DNA from: Candidatus Eiseniibacteriota bacterium
GTDB lineage: Bacteria > Eisenbacteria > RBG-16-71-46
NCBI GenBank assembly: GCA_038231135.1
Contig: JBBRLX010000008.1
Coordinates: forward strand, 73,614-137,613
Direction: 5' to 3'
DNA: 64,000 bases
Part shown: positions 49,080-58,762 of the stretch, in pieces
Layout of the letters: every line of letters begins with the position of its first letter
Numbering within the stretch: position 1 is the stretch's first letter
Notes under the pieces: generated by a model
The model's database searches: none
Seen by the model: only the letters and a program-made list of their open reading frames with translations
Told to the model about the DNA's origin: nothing
Translations under genes and position numbers: made by a program

Positions 49080-50561
49080 ATGGCCGCCGAACGGATTCGC
49101 CCGCCAGCCCCGGTTCACTGTGATCGTTCCGCGACGTTCGCGGCGTTCGTACTATTCGCCGGCGCGCTCGCCGCCGCGCCGCTGCACGCCGGCGTCTACG
49201 ACGTGCCCAGCGTGTCGTTCCCCACGCTGCAGTCCGCGATCGACGACGCGGCCGTCAAACAGAACCCCAGCAACGTCATCCGGATCAACGCCGAGCTGTC
49301 GATCACGAACACCATCGACATCGGCAGCGGCTTCGGCCCCGCCGTGCAGCTCGTGATCAGGCCGGGACCGGCTCTGGCGCGGGCGCGGATCCTGTCGACG
49401 AACGACGGCGCCGATTCGCTCGCCAGCATCGTCCGCATCCACGGCGCGCAATGGGTGATGCTCCAGAGTCTCGACGTGCTGCGCAACGCGGTGAACGGCC
49501 AGCATCTGGTGATCGTCGAGAACAGTCGCAACATCACGATCGAGCGCTGCCGCATCGGGTCGCTGGGCGGCGCCGCGGACCAACTACACCCCAAGAACGC
49601 GATCGACGTCCTGAATCCCTCGCGGGTGATCGTGCGCAACACCGTGTGCTTCTCGCGGCAGGCGGGCGGCGTCGCGATCGGCATCCACGCGGTCGCGAGC
49701 GGCGACCCCACGCATTCGCTGCTGCTCTACAACGACGTGGTGTCGGACTACTCGGCGGCGGGCATCGACTTGGCGTTTGCGACCGCGGGTTCGTACGTCG
49801 TGCTGCGGAACAACATCGCCTGCAATTTCCCCGACTTCCCCCCTCCCAACGAGCCGTTCGCCTGGCGCAGCGCGATCGCGACCGGCGTGACGGTCGTGAC
49901 CAGCCACAACACGTCGCTGGCTGATGCCGGCTTCGAGGAGAACATGACGGGCGTCAAAGCCATCGCGCGCTCGAGCCCGGGCGACGCCACTTACGTACTG
50001 CGGCCGACGTCAGAGATCGATACCGCGTTCTTGAACCGCAGCTGGAACCTGACCCCGGGCTTCACGAACCCCGATTTCTTCCGGCTGCAGAATCTCGGCA
50101 CCCTGCACACGCCGAGCACGCGCTGGGGCATCACGGTGGGCAACGGCGCTCCCGACACCCACGACGCCATCGTGCGCGACGATGGCGAAAAGGATCCGCG
50201 GCCGGGCGGGACGACGCTCCACACCGATCGCGGCATCGACCAGATCGAGCCGGGAGCGCCGATCGTGGCCGTTGGCAACGGGCCGGCAATGCTTCAGGCG
50301 CTCGAGCTGGCACCGCAGGGCAACCCGGCGCGCACGGCGAGCCTGCAGTACGTGGCCCAGCGATCCGGCTCGCTCGAGCTGACGCTGGTCGATGCGAGCG
50401 GGCGTGTCGTGCAGCGCGAGCACCTCAGCGTAGCCACCGGCGAGCGCGGCACGTGGCGGATTGGCCGCCTGGCTCCCGGGGTCTACCTCTACCGGGGAAC
50501 GCTGGTGTCCGGGCAGGGCGAGCGCTCGACCGTGACGGGAAGGCTCGCCGTCTTCGACTGA
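49080..50561 (+). CDS. Secreted right-handed parallel beta-helix protein with C-terminal T9SS-like domain
   Basis: Signal peptide; FPTLQSAID, NITIERCRIG, VIVRNT, VLRNNI beta-helix rungs; DRGIDQ; GNP..VDASGRVV..PGVYLYR. Confidence 0.75.
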   Translation: MAAERIRPPAPVHCDRSATFAAFVLFAGALAAAPLHAGVYDVPSVSFPTLQSAIDDAAVKQNPSNVIRINAELSITNTIDIGSGFGPAVQLVIRPGPALARARILSTNDGADSLASIVRIHGAQWVMLQSLDVLRNAVNGQHLVIVENSRNITIERCRIGSLGGAADQLHPKNAIDVLNPSRVIVRNTVCFSRQAGGVAIGIHAVASGDPTHSLLLYNDVVSDYSAAGIDLAFATAGSYVVLRNNIACNFPDFPPPNEPFAWRSAIATGVTVVTSHNTSLADAGFEENMTGVKAIARSSPGDATYVLRPTSEIDTAFLNRSWNLTPGFTNPDFFRLQNLGTLHTPSTRWGITVGNGAPDTHDAIVRDDGEKDPRPGGTTLHTDRGIDQIEPGAPIVAVGNGPAMLQALELAPQGNPARTASLQYVAQRSGSLELTLVDASGRVVQREHLSVATGERGTWRIGRLAPGVYLYRGTLVSGQGERSTVTGRLAVFD

Positions 50562-50644
50562 CGCTGAAACCCGGCGCAGGAACGAACGGGCCGGAGCCGC
50601 TCATCCAGAGCACGCTCCGGCCCGCAATCGCGTCCTGAAGAATC

Positions 50645-51163
50645 TCAGGCCTTCGCCTTCATCGCCTCCCGCATCTTCAGCATCTCTTCGCGGTTCGGAC
50701 CGTACATCCCGGGCGGCACGCCGCCGGCCATGCGCGCCATCATCGCGAGCTGGCCGCGGTGATGAATCAGGTGGAACAGCAGCCCCTCCCACAGGATCGT
50801 GCTCAACGGCAGCGGGCGGCCGTCGTAGAACGACATCGTCTTGTTCATGTCGGAGAAGTCCCCCTTCTCGAGCCACGTCACGGCGTCGCGGTGCACGCGC
50901 TCGTAGCCGGTCGCCAGCTCGGCGATCGTCTTCGGCCGCTCGAGACCGGGCGGCTTCTCCTCGAATGTGAACTTGCCCTGCGCCACACCGAACGCGGTAT
51001 AGCCGTCGTTCTCGGCGAGATGCCACGCCATTTCGCCCAGGGATCGCGATTCCGGATACGGCCGGAAGTCGTACTTGCCCTCGGGCAGGGCGCGCAGCAA
51101 CTGCGTCGTCTTCTTGGCTTCGTTGTTCCAGGTGTCGAGGAAGACCTTGAGCTCGTGATTCAT
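50645..51163 (-). CDS. DinB/YfiT-family protein
   Basis: GGAGG SD; RSLGEMAWHL, HLIHHRGQL, PPGMYGP. Confidence 0.9.
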   Translation of the reverse strand: MNHELKVFLDTWNNEAKKTTQLLRALPEGKYDFRPYPESRSLGEMAWHLAENDGYTAFGVAQGKFTFEEKPPGLERPKTIAELATGYERVHRDAVTWLEKGDFSDMNKTMSFYDGRPLPLSTILWEGLLFHLIHHRGQLAMMARMAGGVPPGMYGPNREEMLKMREAMKAKA

Positions 51164-51231
51164 TGACCGCCTCCGGATTGGGTGGCACCCATGCAGATGC
51201 ATGGCAGCGTACCCCCGCCCCGGGTGCGGTG

Positions 51232-52641
51232 TCAGGCCGACTCCAGGCCCGGCACCAGCGGCAGGCGCAGGCGCGCGATGCAGCCGCGGACATCGTCGCG
51301 GTTCGCCAGCACCAGGCTGCCGCCGTGAGCCTCGGCGATCTGGCGGCTGAGCGCCAGACCGACGCCCGAGCCGGCGGGTTTGGTTGTGAAGAACGGCACG
51401 AACAGGTTGTCGGTGTCGGACAACCCCGGGCCCTCGTCCTTGACCCACACGTCGAGCTCGCCACCGTGCACCGCCCAGCCGATCCGCACCGGAGCGTCGC
51501 CGGTTGCCCGCGCCGTGGCGGATCCCGCGGCCTCCAGCACCGCGTCGGCGGCGTTGCGCACGAGATTGATGAGCAGCTGGTCGAGTTGATCACCATCGGC
51601 CACGACCGAGCATGCCGGCCCCCGGTCGACGCTCACCGGCACCCGGGTCTCGAGTCCCGCGACGTGCCGGATCCAGCGTTCCACCTCGACGGACCCCAGC
51701 CGCGGCCGCGGCAATCGCGCGAGCCGCGCATAGGCGGACATGAACCGGGTAAGGGATTCCGCGCGCGCGGACACGACCTGCAGGCCGGTCGCGAGATCGT
51801 GCTCGAGGTCCGGCGGCCGCGGCGTCTTCGCCAGCATCGAGCTGAGGCTGCCGGCGATCGACTTGATCGGCGTCAGCGAGTTGTTGATCTCGTGGCTCAG
51901 CACCCGCACGAGCCGCTGCCACGCCTGGCGCTCCTCCTCGCGCAGCGTGCGGCTCACGTCCGACAGCACGAGCAGCCGGTGCGGCTGCCCGGCCTGGCGG
52001 AATCCGCTGCGCCGGACGACGAACCGTCCCGCGCCGCCCGCGAACTTGAGATCGGTCACCTGCGTGGGCTCGACGCCGGTGTCCTCGCCCTCGCCGAGCG
52101 CGTCGTCGAGCCCCAGCGCACCCGCCGGGCGGCCCAGCAGGTGCTCGACCGGGCGGCCGAGCAGCTTCTCGCCCGCATGATTCACGAGGCGCAGCCGCCG
52201 CGCGCCGTCGAACGCGAACACCGCGGTGTCGATCTCCTCCATCACCCGCCGCAGCAGCGCCGACGCCTCGAGCGCGCCGAGCCGCTGCTGGCGCAGCGTC
52301 TCGCTCAGCGTGTTCACCTCCCAGAACGCGAGGCCCAGCGGCTCGGTGCGCGACGTGGAGCGGCCGCGGATCGAGAAGTCGCCCTCGCGCAGCGCCGCGA
52401 GCATGTTCGACAGCGTCTGGATCGGATGCACCACCCGCTCGCGCACCGCGAGCGCGAACCCGAGCCACGCGCCGATCACCAGCGTGGTGAGCGTCCATTG
52501 CACCTTGGGTGAATGATCGCCGAACCACAGCAGCGCCATCGCCACCACGATCGCCGGCAATCCCGACGCGAGCGCCAGCAGCAGCACCCGCACGTCGTGG
52601 GCGAGCGCCGGCCGCCGCCGCGGCCGGCCGCTAGAGGCCAT
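51232..52641 (-). CDS. Sensor histidine kinase (2 TM, HAMP, PAS-like, HisKA, HATPase)
   Basis: RVLSHEINNSLTPI, NLVRNA, DEGPG, FVPFFTTK..GSGVGL. Confidence 0.95.
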   Translation of the reverse strand: MASSGRPRRRPALAHDVRVLLLALASGLPAIVVAMALLWFGDHSPKVQWTLTTLVIGAWLGFALAVRERVVHPIQTLSNMLAALREGDFSIRGRSTSRTEPLGLAFWEVNTLSETLRQQRLGALEASALLRRVMEEIDTAVFAFDGARRLRLVNHAGEKLLGRPVEHLLGRPAGALGLDDALGEGEDTGVEPTQVTDLKFAGGAGRFVVRRSGFRQAGQPHRLLVLSDVSRTLREEERQAWQRLVRVLSHEINNSLTPIKSIAGSLSSMLAKTPRPPDLEHDLATGLQVVSARAESLTRFMSAYARLARLPRPRLGSVEVERWIRHVAGLETRVPVSVDRGPACSVVADGDQLDQLLINLVRNAADAVLEAAGSATARATGDAPVRIGWAVHGGELDVWVKDEGPGLSDTDNLFVPFFTTKPAGSGVGLALSRQIAEAHGGSLVLANRDDVRGCIARLRLPLVPGLESA

Positions 52642-53998
52642 GCTGCGCGAGGCGCCGATAGAGCGCGCTGCGCGACAGGCCGAGCGCCTTCGCCGCCTCG
52701 CTCACGTTGCCGTCGTAGCGCTTGAGCGCCTTCTGGATCAGCACGCGCTCGACTTGTTCGAGCGTCAGGTCCTCGAGTCGCGCGGCGCCGTCGGCAGTGG
52801 CCAGCAGGCCCAGATCGACGGCGCGCACCAGCGGCGGCGCAGCCAGCAGCACGGCGCGCTCGATCGCATGGTCCAGCTCACGCACGTTGCCGGGCCAGGC
52901 GTGCGACAGCATGGCCTGCATGCCGCCGGGGTCGAAGCCCGCGAGTTCCTTGCCGTAGCGCGCGGCGTGGCGGCGCAGGAAGTGCTCGGCGAGCAGCGGG
53001 ATGTCCTCGCGGCGCTCGCGCAGCGCGGGCAGCCGGATCTCGACGGTGTTGAGCCGGAACAGCAGGTCCTCGCGGAACCGCCCCGCGGCGACCTCGTCGG
53101 CGAGCCGGGCGTTGGTTGCCGACACCACGCGCACGTTCACGCGCCGCGTGCGCGACGCCCCGACGCGCTCGAGCTCGCCGGTCTGCAGCACCCGCAGCAG
53201 CTTGGCCTGCAGCGCGAGCGGCAGGTTCGCGATCTCGTCGAGGAATAGCGTGCCCGTGTCCGCGAGTTCGAACCGGCCGGCGCGATCGGCGCGCGCCCCG
53301 GTATAGGCGCCCTTCACGTGCCCGAACAGCTCGCTCTCGAACACGCCCTCCGGCAGCCCGCCCGCGTTCACCGTGATCAGCGGGCGCGCCGCGCGCGCGG
53401 ACGCGAAGTGCAGCCAGCGCGCCACCAGCTCCTTGCCGGTGCCGTGCTCGCCGGTCACGAGCACGTTGGCGTCCGACGGGCCGACGCGCTCCATGAGCTG
53501 CAGCACTGGCCGCATCGACGCCGAGTGCGCGATCATCTCGACTTCGCCCTCGCGGCGCAGCAGCCGGTTTTCGGCGGCGAGCCGCGCGCCCGCGCGCAGC
53601 GCGCGGCCGAGGTCCACCTGGGTGCGCAGCGTCGTGATCAGCCGGGCGTTGTCCCACGGTTTCTCGACGTAGTCGCGGGCGCCGCGGCGCATCGCCTCGA
53701 CGGCGCCCTCGACGCTGCCGTACGCGGTCATCACCACCACCGGCAGCGACGCGTCGAGCGCCTGCACGCGCTGCAGCAGATCGAGCCCTTCGTGGCCCGA
53801 CGTGGTGTCGCGGGTGTAGTTGAGATCGAGCAGCACGAGATCGAAATCGCCGGCCTCGAGCGCGCGCATGGCGCCGGCGGGCGAGGTGGCGGTTTCGATC
53901 TCCCACGACTCGCCGCGCAGCAGCAGGCGGAGCGCCTGCAGCACGTCCGGTTGATCGTCGGCGACGAGGATGCGGGGCGCGGTCTCGCTGGGCACCAT
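52631..53998 (-). CDS. Sigma54-dependent (NtrC-family) response regulator
   Basis: Receiver [47 protein letters not shown], Fis-type HTH. Confidence 0.96.
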   Translation of the reverse strand: MVPSETAPRILVADDQPDVLQALRLLLRGESWEIETATSPAGAMRALEAGDFDLVLLDLNYTRDTTSGHEGLDLLQRVQALDASLPVVVMTAYGSVEGAVEAMRRGARDYVEKPWDNARLITTLRTQVDLGRALRAGARLAAENRLLRREGEVEMIAHSASMRPVLQLMERVGPSDANVLVTGEHGTGKELVARWLHFASARAARPLITVNAGGLPEGVFESELFGHVKGAYTGARADRAGRFELADTGTLFLDEIANLPLALQAKLLRVLQTGELERVGASRTRRVNVRVVSATNARLADEVAAGRFREDLLFRLNTVEIRLPALRERREDIPLLAEHFLRRHAARYGKELAGFDPGGMQAMLSHAWPGNVRELDHAIERAVLLAAPPLVRAVDLGLLATADGAARLEDLTLEQVERVLIQKALKRYDGNVSEAAKALGLSRSALYRRLAQHGL

Positions 53999-54009
53999 GG
54001 GGCGAGGGT

Positions 54010-54047
54010 AACAGAAGCGCCGGAGCCCGACGGACGGGCTCCGGCGC
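54010..54047 (-). terminator. Intrinsic terminator after VOC gene
   Basis: 13-bp stem GCGCCGGAGCCCG / CGGGCTCCGGCGC followed by TTCTGTT on minus strand. Confidence 0.7.
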
Positions 54048-54060
54048 CGCGCCACGACTC

Positions 54061-54843
54061 CTAGTTGGGGCCCTGCAGCACCCCGAACATGCCGCCCTGC
54101 GGATCGGATAGCACCGCGAACGTGCCGGTGCCGGGGATCGGCGTGGGCTCCACGAACACCTTGCCCCCGAGCTGCGGCACTCGGGCGGCGGTGGCCTTGA
54201 TGTCTTTGACCTGGAAGTACGTGAGCCAGTTCGGCGGCACGCCCTGCAGCTTGCCCGTCGCCTTCATCATGCCGCCGGCGTTCGTGCCGTTGAGCCGCTG
54301 GAACAGCGTGTACGGACCGTTCGGTCCCGGCATCTCCTGGGTCTTCCAGCCGAGCAGCGCGGTGTAGAACGCCGCCGCCTTCGCCGTGTCGCCGGTGGTC
54401 AGCTCGGTCCAGCACATGGCGCCCGGCTCGTCGAGTACAGCGACACCGATGTGGGTCCTGGGCTCCCACAGCGAGAACGTGGCGCCGGTGGGGTCCTGGA
54501 TGACGGCTGAGCGTCCCTTGTCCATGATGTCGAACGGCTCCATCAATACCGTGCCGCCGAGCTGCTTCGCCCTGGTCGCCGCGTCATCGACATTCGCGAC
54601 CGTGATATAGGCGTTGAAATGCGGCGGCACGCCGGCCTTGGCCTGCTCGGGCATCATGGGGCACACCGCCGCCGAGTCGCGGCCGTCCTTCTGGAAGATC
54701 GTATAGACGCCGGCCGGCATCGGGTTGTCGACTGCGCTCCAGCCGAACAGGTCGCCATAGAACTTCTTCGCCGCGATGGGATCGGTGGTGTGGAGCTCCG
54801 GCCAGCTGAACGTGCCGGCGGCATGCTGGGTGAGAACCGTCAT
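54061..54843 (-). CDS. VOC (glyoxalase/bleomycin-resistance) family protein, two domains
   Basis: WPELHTTD..FYGDLFGW, DPTGATF; WTELTTGD..FYTALLGW, DPQGGMFG. Confidence 0.92.
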   Translation of the reverse strand: MTVLTQHAAGTFSWPELHTTDPIAAKKFYGDLFGWSAVDNPMPAGVYTIFQKDGRDSAAVCPMMPEQAKAGVPPHFNAYITVANVDDAATRAKQLGGTVLMEPFDIMDKGRSAVIQDPTGATFSLWEPRTHIGVAVLDEPGAMCWTELTTGDTAKAAAFYTALLGWKTQEMPGPNGPYTLFQRLNGTNAGGMMKATGKLQGVPPNWLTYFQVKDIKATAARVPQLGGKVFVEPTPIPGTGTFAVLSDPQGGMFGVLQGPN

Positions 54844-55054
54844 GAGTAGTGTCTCCTCGAGTGGGGCGCCCCGGCGGCGACGGGCCGGTACGCCCAGGGA
54901 TGACCCGGTCGGTACGGTCGCCGCCTGGCCCATCGCGCACCGGCGTCGGGCTCGTGCGGCAGACCGAAAAGCCTAGCAGCCGCCCCGGCGTTCGAGAATG
55001 CGGGCTTACCAACGCGGCGTCATTTACTCCCGAGCGCGGTGGCGGGCGGCGTCC

Positions 55055-55190
55055 GGCGACCGTGAGATCGTCGATGAGGTGGTACTGCTGGAACACGAAG
55101 CCGATGTTGCGATTCCTCAGGTCCACGTGCGGGCGTTGCCCCGTAGGCCTTCTCGACGTTCTCGAGCCGCAGCAGCGCATCCGGTTCCAT
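55055..55190 (-). pseudogene. Remnant of a LolD/MacB-type ABC ATPase
   Basis: MEPDALLRLENVEKAYG in one frame, then VDLRNRNIGFVFQQYHLIDDLTVA in another; Walker A and C-terminal half absent. Confidence 0.75.
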
Positions 55191-55194
55191 GCGA

Positions 55195-56325
55195 TCACCC
55201 CCGCTTCTTCATGCGCTTGAGATCCTTCTTCGCGTCCTCGAAGTCCGGGCGCTGCCTGACCGCGAGCTCGACCTCGGCGATCGCCTCGGGCTTGCGGCCC
55301 TCGAGCTCGAGCGCCTGGCCGAGCCGCCAGTGGGCGCCTGACCACGGCGGGTTGCCGCCCTCGGGCTCTACGGTGAGGTAGCGGCGCAGCAGCAGCTCCG
55401 CCTGCGCCGGCTCGTGCCGGTCGGCGACGAGGATGCGCGCGGCCTGGTAGTGAGCGGCCAGATTGCCGGGCACGTTGCGCTCCGCCTCGGCGAGCGTCGA
55501 GTCGAGCTCGGCCCAGCGCTGCTGCCGCGCGCGGACCGCCGCCAGCACCACGTACGCACCCACGCGGCCGGCGTCGATGCGCCGGGCCTCCAGCGCCTCG
55601 CGCTCCGCGCCCGCGGCGTCGTTGTGGGCGGCACATGCTCCGGCCAGAGTGATGCGCGCCCCGTAGTCGCCGGGCGCGAACTCCACCGCCTTGTGGTACT
55701 GGGCGAGCGCCCCGGTCGAATCGTGATTCGCGAGCGCGATGCGGGCGCGGGCGTAGGCGCCCTTCAGCGGATCGAGCTTCGCGATCTCCTCGGCCTTGTC
55801 GCGCGCCTTGTCCTTGCTGCCGCCGGCGATGCCGGGCGCCATCAGGAAGAACTCGAGCAGGCCGTCCTGGGCCTCGAACCGCCGCGGATCGAGCGCCACC
55901 GCGGCCTCGGCCTCCTTGCGGAACCGGTGCGCGAGACCGAGCTGCTTGAGCGGATTCGCGCGCTGCGCCGACTCGCCGACCACCATCGCGAGCTGCTCGT
56001 GGTAGCGGGCGTCCTTGCCGTCGAGCGCCACCGCATGCTCGGCGAGCTTCAGCGCGCCCGGCACATCGCGGAACGCGTCGAGCACGCGCGACATCAGCCA
56101 CGCCGCCTCGGCGTCGTCCGGGTGCGCCGCGACGCGCGGGACAAGTAGCGCGCGGGCCTCCTTCCAGCGGCCGCGCTCCATCAGGTCGGGCGCCTCGGCG
56201 GCGCGGGCCGCGCCGGGTCCGGCGAGCGGCACCAGTGCCAGCAGCAGCAGCGCGATGCCGGCGGCCAGTGCCAGCAGCGCAAGCGCCGCGCGCAGCCGGC
56301 GGGCGTGGAGCGTGGCGGCGGTCAT
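55195..56325 (-). CDS. Exported tetratricopeptide-repeat protein
   Basis: Signal peptide; AVALDP.. helical repeats, APGIAGGSKDKA, AHWRLGQALE; ATG overlaps permease stop. Confidence 0.85.
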   Translation of the reverse strand: MTAATLHARRLRAALALLALAAGIALLLLALVPLAGPGAARAAEAPDLMERGRWKEARALLVPRVAAHPDDAEAAWLMSRVLDAFRDVPGALKLAEHAVALDGKDARYHEQLAMVVGESAQRANPLKQLGLAHRFRKEAEAAVALDPRRFEAQDGLLEFFLMAPGIAGGSKDKARDKAEEIAKLDPLKGAYARARIALANHDSTGALAQYHKAVEFAPGDYGARITLAGACAAHNDAAGAEREALEARRIDAGRVGAYVVLAAVRARQQRWAELDSTLAEAERNVPGNLAAHYQAARILVADRHEPAQAELLLRRYLTVEPEGGNPPWSGAHWRLGQALELEGRKPEAIAEVELAVRQRPDFEDAKKDLKRMKKRG

Positions 56326-58736
56326 TCGTGCCTCAGCGCAGTCATCGGGTCGACGCGCGACGCGCGCCACGCCGGCAGCCAGCTCGCGAGCAGCGCGCTG
56401 GCCCCCAGGATCAGGGCGACGCCGGTGAACGTCGGCGGGTCGTTCGGGTCCACGCCGAACAGCAGGCTCGCCATGAAGCGCGTCACCACGAACGCGCCCG
56501 CGAGTCCGAGGCCGAGCCCCAGCAGCGTCAGCCGCAACCCCTGGCCCACCACCATGCGCAGCACCGCGCTCTGCGGCGCGCCCAGCGCCATGCGGATGCC
56601 GATCTCCTGCGTGCGCTGCGCGACGCGGTACGCCATCACTCCGTAGATGCCGAGCGCCGCGATCACCAGCGCGATCAGCGAATAGGCGCCCATCAGCCAG
56701 GCGTAGAGCCGCTGCTCCCACATCGCCTGCCGGATGCCCTCGGGCAGCGTCCGGACGTCGTAGAACGGCAGGTTGGGATCGCGAGCGCGCAGGATGTTCC
56801 GCACGAACGGCGCGAGCGCGGCGGGGTCGCCGCTGCTGCGCAGCAGCAGATTCATGGTCTGCCCCGGGCTCTGGGCGTGCGGCACGAACACCTGCGCCAC
56901 CCGGGGATTCGTGGCGTGCGCCCGCACGTCATCGACCACCCCGATCACCGTGCACCAGCCGGCGGTGTCGTCGGCGCCGAATTCGAACCGCTTGCCGAGC
57001 GGATCCTCGCCCGGCCACAGCAGCTTCGCCGCCGACTGGTTGACGACCGCCACGCGCTGCGCGGTCGGGCCGTCCGCCGCCGTGAACTCGCGGCCGGCGC
57101 GCACGCGGATGCGCAGCGTCTTGAAGTAGTCGGGCATCACGAACGAGAAATTCGTCAGCGGAAACCGGCTCGGTCCGTCGTCCTCGTGCCCTTCGCGGGT
57201 GATGCCGGTGGTCGACATGCTGCGCATCAGCGGAACGTAGGCGGCGGCGCTCGCGTCGACGACGCCAGGCAGCGCGCGCAGCCGCGGCAACAACTCCTCG
57301 AAGAACCGGATACGGTCGGCCGGCCGGGGGTACACGGCCACCGGCAGCGTGACCGAGCCGGTCAGCACGCCCTGCGGGTCGAACGCGCCGTGGACCTCCT
57401 GCAGCCTCAGGAAGCTCCGGATCATCAGCCCCGAACCCACGAGCAGCACCATCGCGAGCGCGATCTCGGCGACCACGAGGCCGTTGCGCAGCCGGTGATG
57501 GCCCCCACCGATTCCGCCCTGGAGCCCGCCCTCCTTTAGAGACTCGAACAGGTTGCGCCGCGTGCCCTGCACCACCGGTGCGAGCCCCGCCAGCAACCCG
57601 GCGGTCACCGAGATCGCGACCGTGAACGCCAGCACGCCGCCGTCGATCGTGAACGTCATCCAGTAGGGCAGCTCGATCGGTATCGAGCCGAGCACGAGAT
57701 CGTTGGACCAGTACGCGATGAACACGCCCAGCACGCCGCCGAGCAGCGACACCAGCACGCTTTCGGTGAGCAGCTGGCGCGCGATGCGGCCGCGGCTCGC
57801 GCCCAGCGCCACGCGCACGCTGATCTCGCGCTGCCGCGTCGACGCCCGGGCCAGCATGAGGTTCGCGACGTTGGCGCAGGCGATCAGCAGCACGAACATC
57901 ACCGCGAACAGCAGCATGATCATCGACGTGCGCACGTGCCGCACCAGCTTCACGTGCAGGTCGGTGGCCACGGCGCCGATGCCGTCGTTCGTCTTTGGAT
58001 GGTCCTTCGCGAGCTGCCGCGCGATTCCCGCGACCTCGGTGTTCGCCTGCGCCAGGGTGACGCCGGGCTTCAGCCGGCCGACCGTGTCGAGATAGTGCGC
58101 GCCGCGGGTGTCTTCGTTCGCCGCGTACGCCATCGGCAGCCAGAAGTCGGCGATCTCGGGGAAGTTGAAGTGGTCGGGCATGACGCCGATCACCGTGCGC
58201 TGCCGGCCGTTGACGTTGAATGTGCGGCCGATCACGCCCGGATCCGAGTTCAGACGGTCCTTCCAGACCCGGTGGCTCAGCAGCATCGTGGTGTACTGCT
58301 TGCCGAGTTCGGCCTCCTCGGGCAAAAACAGCCGGCCGCGCTCGGGGCGGATTCCCAGCGTGGGCAGCAGCGACGCCGTGACGAACGTGGCGTTGAACCG
58401 CTCGGGCTCGCTGCCGAGCGTGAGGTAGGTGGTGGTCTCGGTGTAGGCGCCCAGGGATTCCAGCGTGCGGGCCCGATCGTGGAAATCCAGATAGTCCGGG
58501 TACGAGCAGCCGAACGGCTCGGACTCGCCGGTCTTGCGCGACGTGGTCTCGACGGACACCAGCCGGTCCGGCGCGGGGAACGGCGGCTCGCGCAGCAGCA
58601 CGCCGCGCACGATCGTGTAGATGCTCGCGTTGACGCCGATCCCGAGCCCCATCGCGAGCACCACCACGATCGTGAAGCCTGGATTCTTCACCAGCGTGCG
58701 CCATGCGTACCGCACGTCCTGCCACACCCCGTGCAT
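56322..58736 (-). CDS. ADOP-type duplicated ABC permease (MacB/FtsX domains x2)
   Basis: QDVRYAWRTLVKNPGF, LLIACANVANL..R.REISVRVALGA, QRTQEIGIRMALGA, VDPMTALR. Confidence 0.95.
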   Translation of the reverse strand: MHGVWQDVRYAWRTLVKNPGFTIVVVLAMGLGIGVNASIYTIVRGVLLREPPFPAPDRLVSVETTSRKTGESEPFGCSYPDYLDFHDRARTLESLGAYTETTTYLTLGSEPERFNATFVTASLLPTLGIRPERGRLFLPEEAELGKQYTTMLLSHRVWKDRLNSDPGVIGRTFNVNGRQRTVIGVMPDHFNFPEIADFWLPMAYAANEDTRGAHYLDTVGRLKPGVTLAQANTEVAGIARQLAKDHPKTNDGIGAVATDLHVKLVRHVRTSMIMLLFAVMFVLLIACANVANLMLARASTRQREISVRVALGASRGRIARQLLTESVLVSLLGGVLGVFIAYWSNDLVLGSIPIELPYWMTFTIDGGVLAFTVAISVTAGLLAGLAPVVQGTRRNLFESLKEGGLQGGIGGGHHRLRNGLVVAEIALAMVLLVGSGLMIRSFLRLQEVHGAFDPQGVLTGSVTLPVAVYPRPADRIRFFEELLPRLRALPGVVDASAAAYVPLMRSMSTTGITREGHEDDGPSRFPLTNFSFVMPDYFKTLRIRVRAGREFTAADGPTAQRVAVVNQSAAKLLWPGEDPLGKRFEFGADDTAGWCTVIGVVDDVRAHATNPRVAQVFVPHAQSPGQTMNLLLRSSGDPAALAPFVRNILRARDPNLPFYDVRTLPEGIRQAMWEQRLYAWLMGAYSLIALVIAALGIYGVMAYRVAQRTQEIGIRMALGAPQSAVLRMVVGQGLRLTLLGLGLGLAGAFVVTRFMASLLFGVDPNDPPTFTGVALILGASALLASWLPAWRASRVDPMTALRHE

Positions 58737-58762
58737 CTCGAAACCCTCCTACTCGGAGACGA

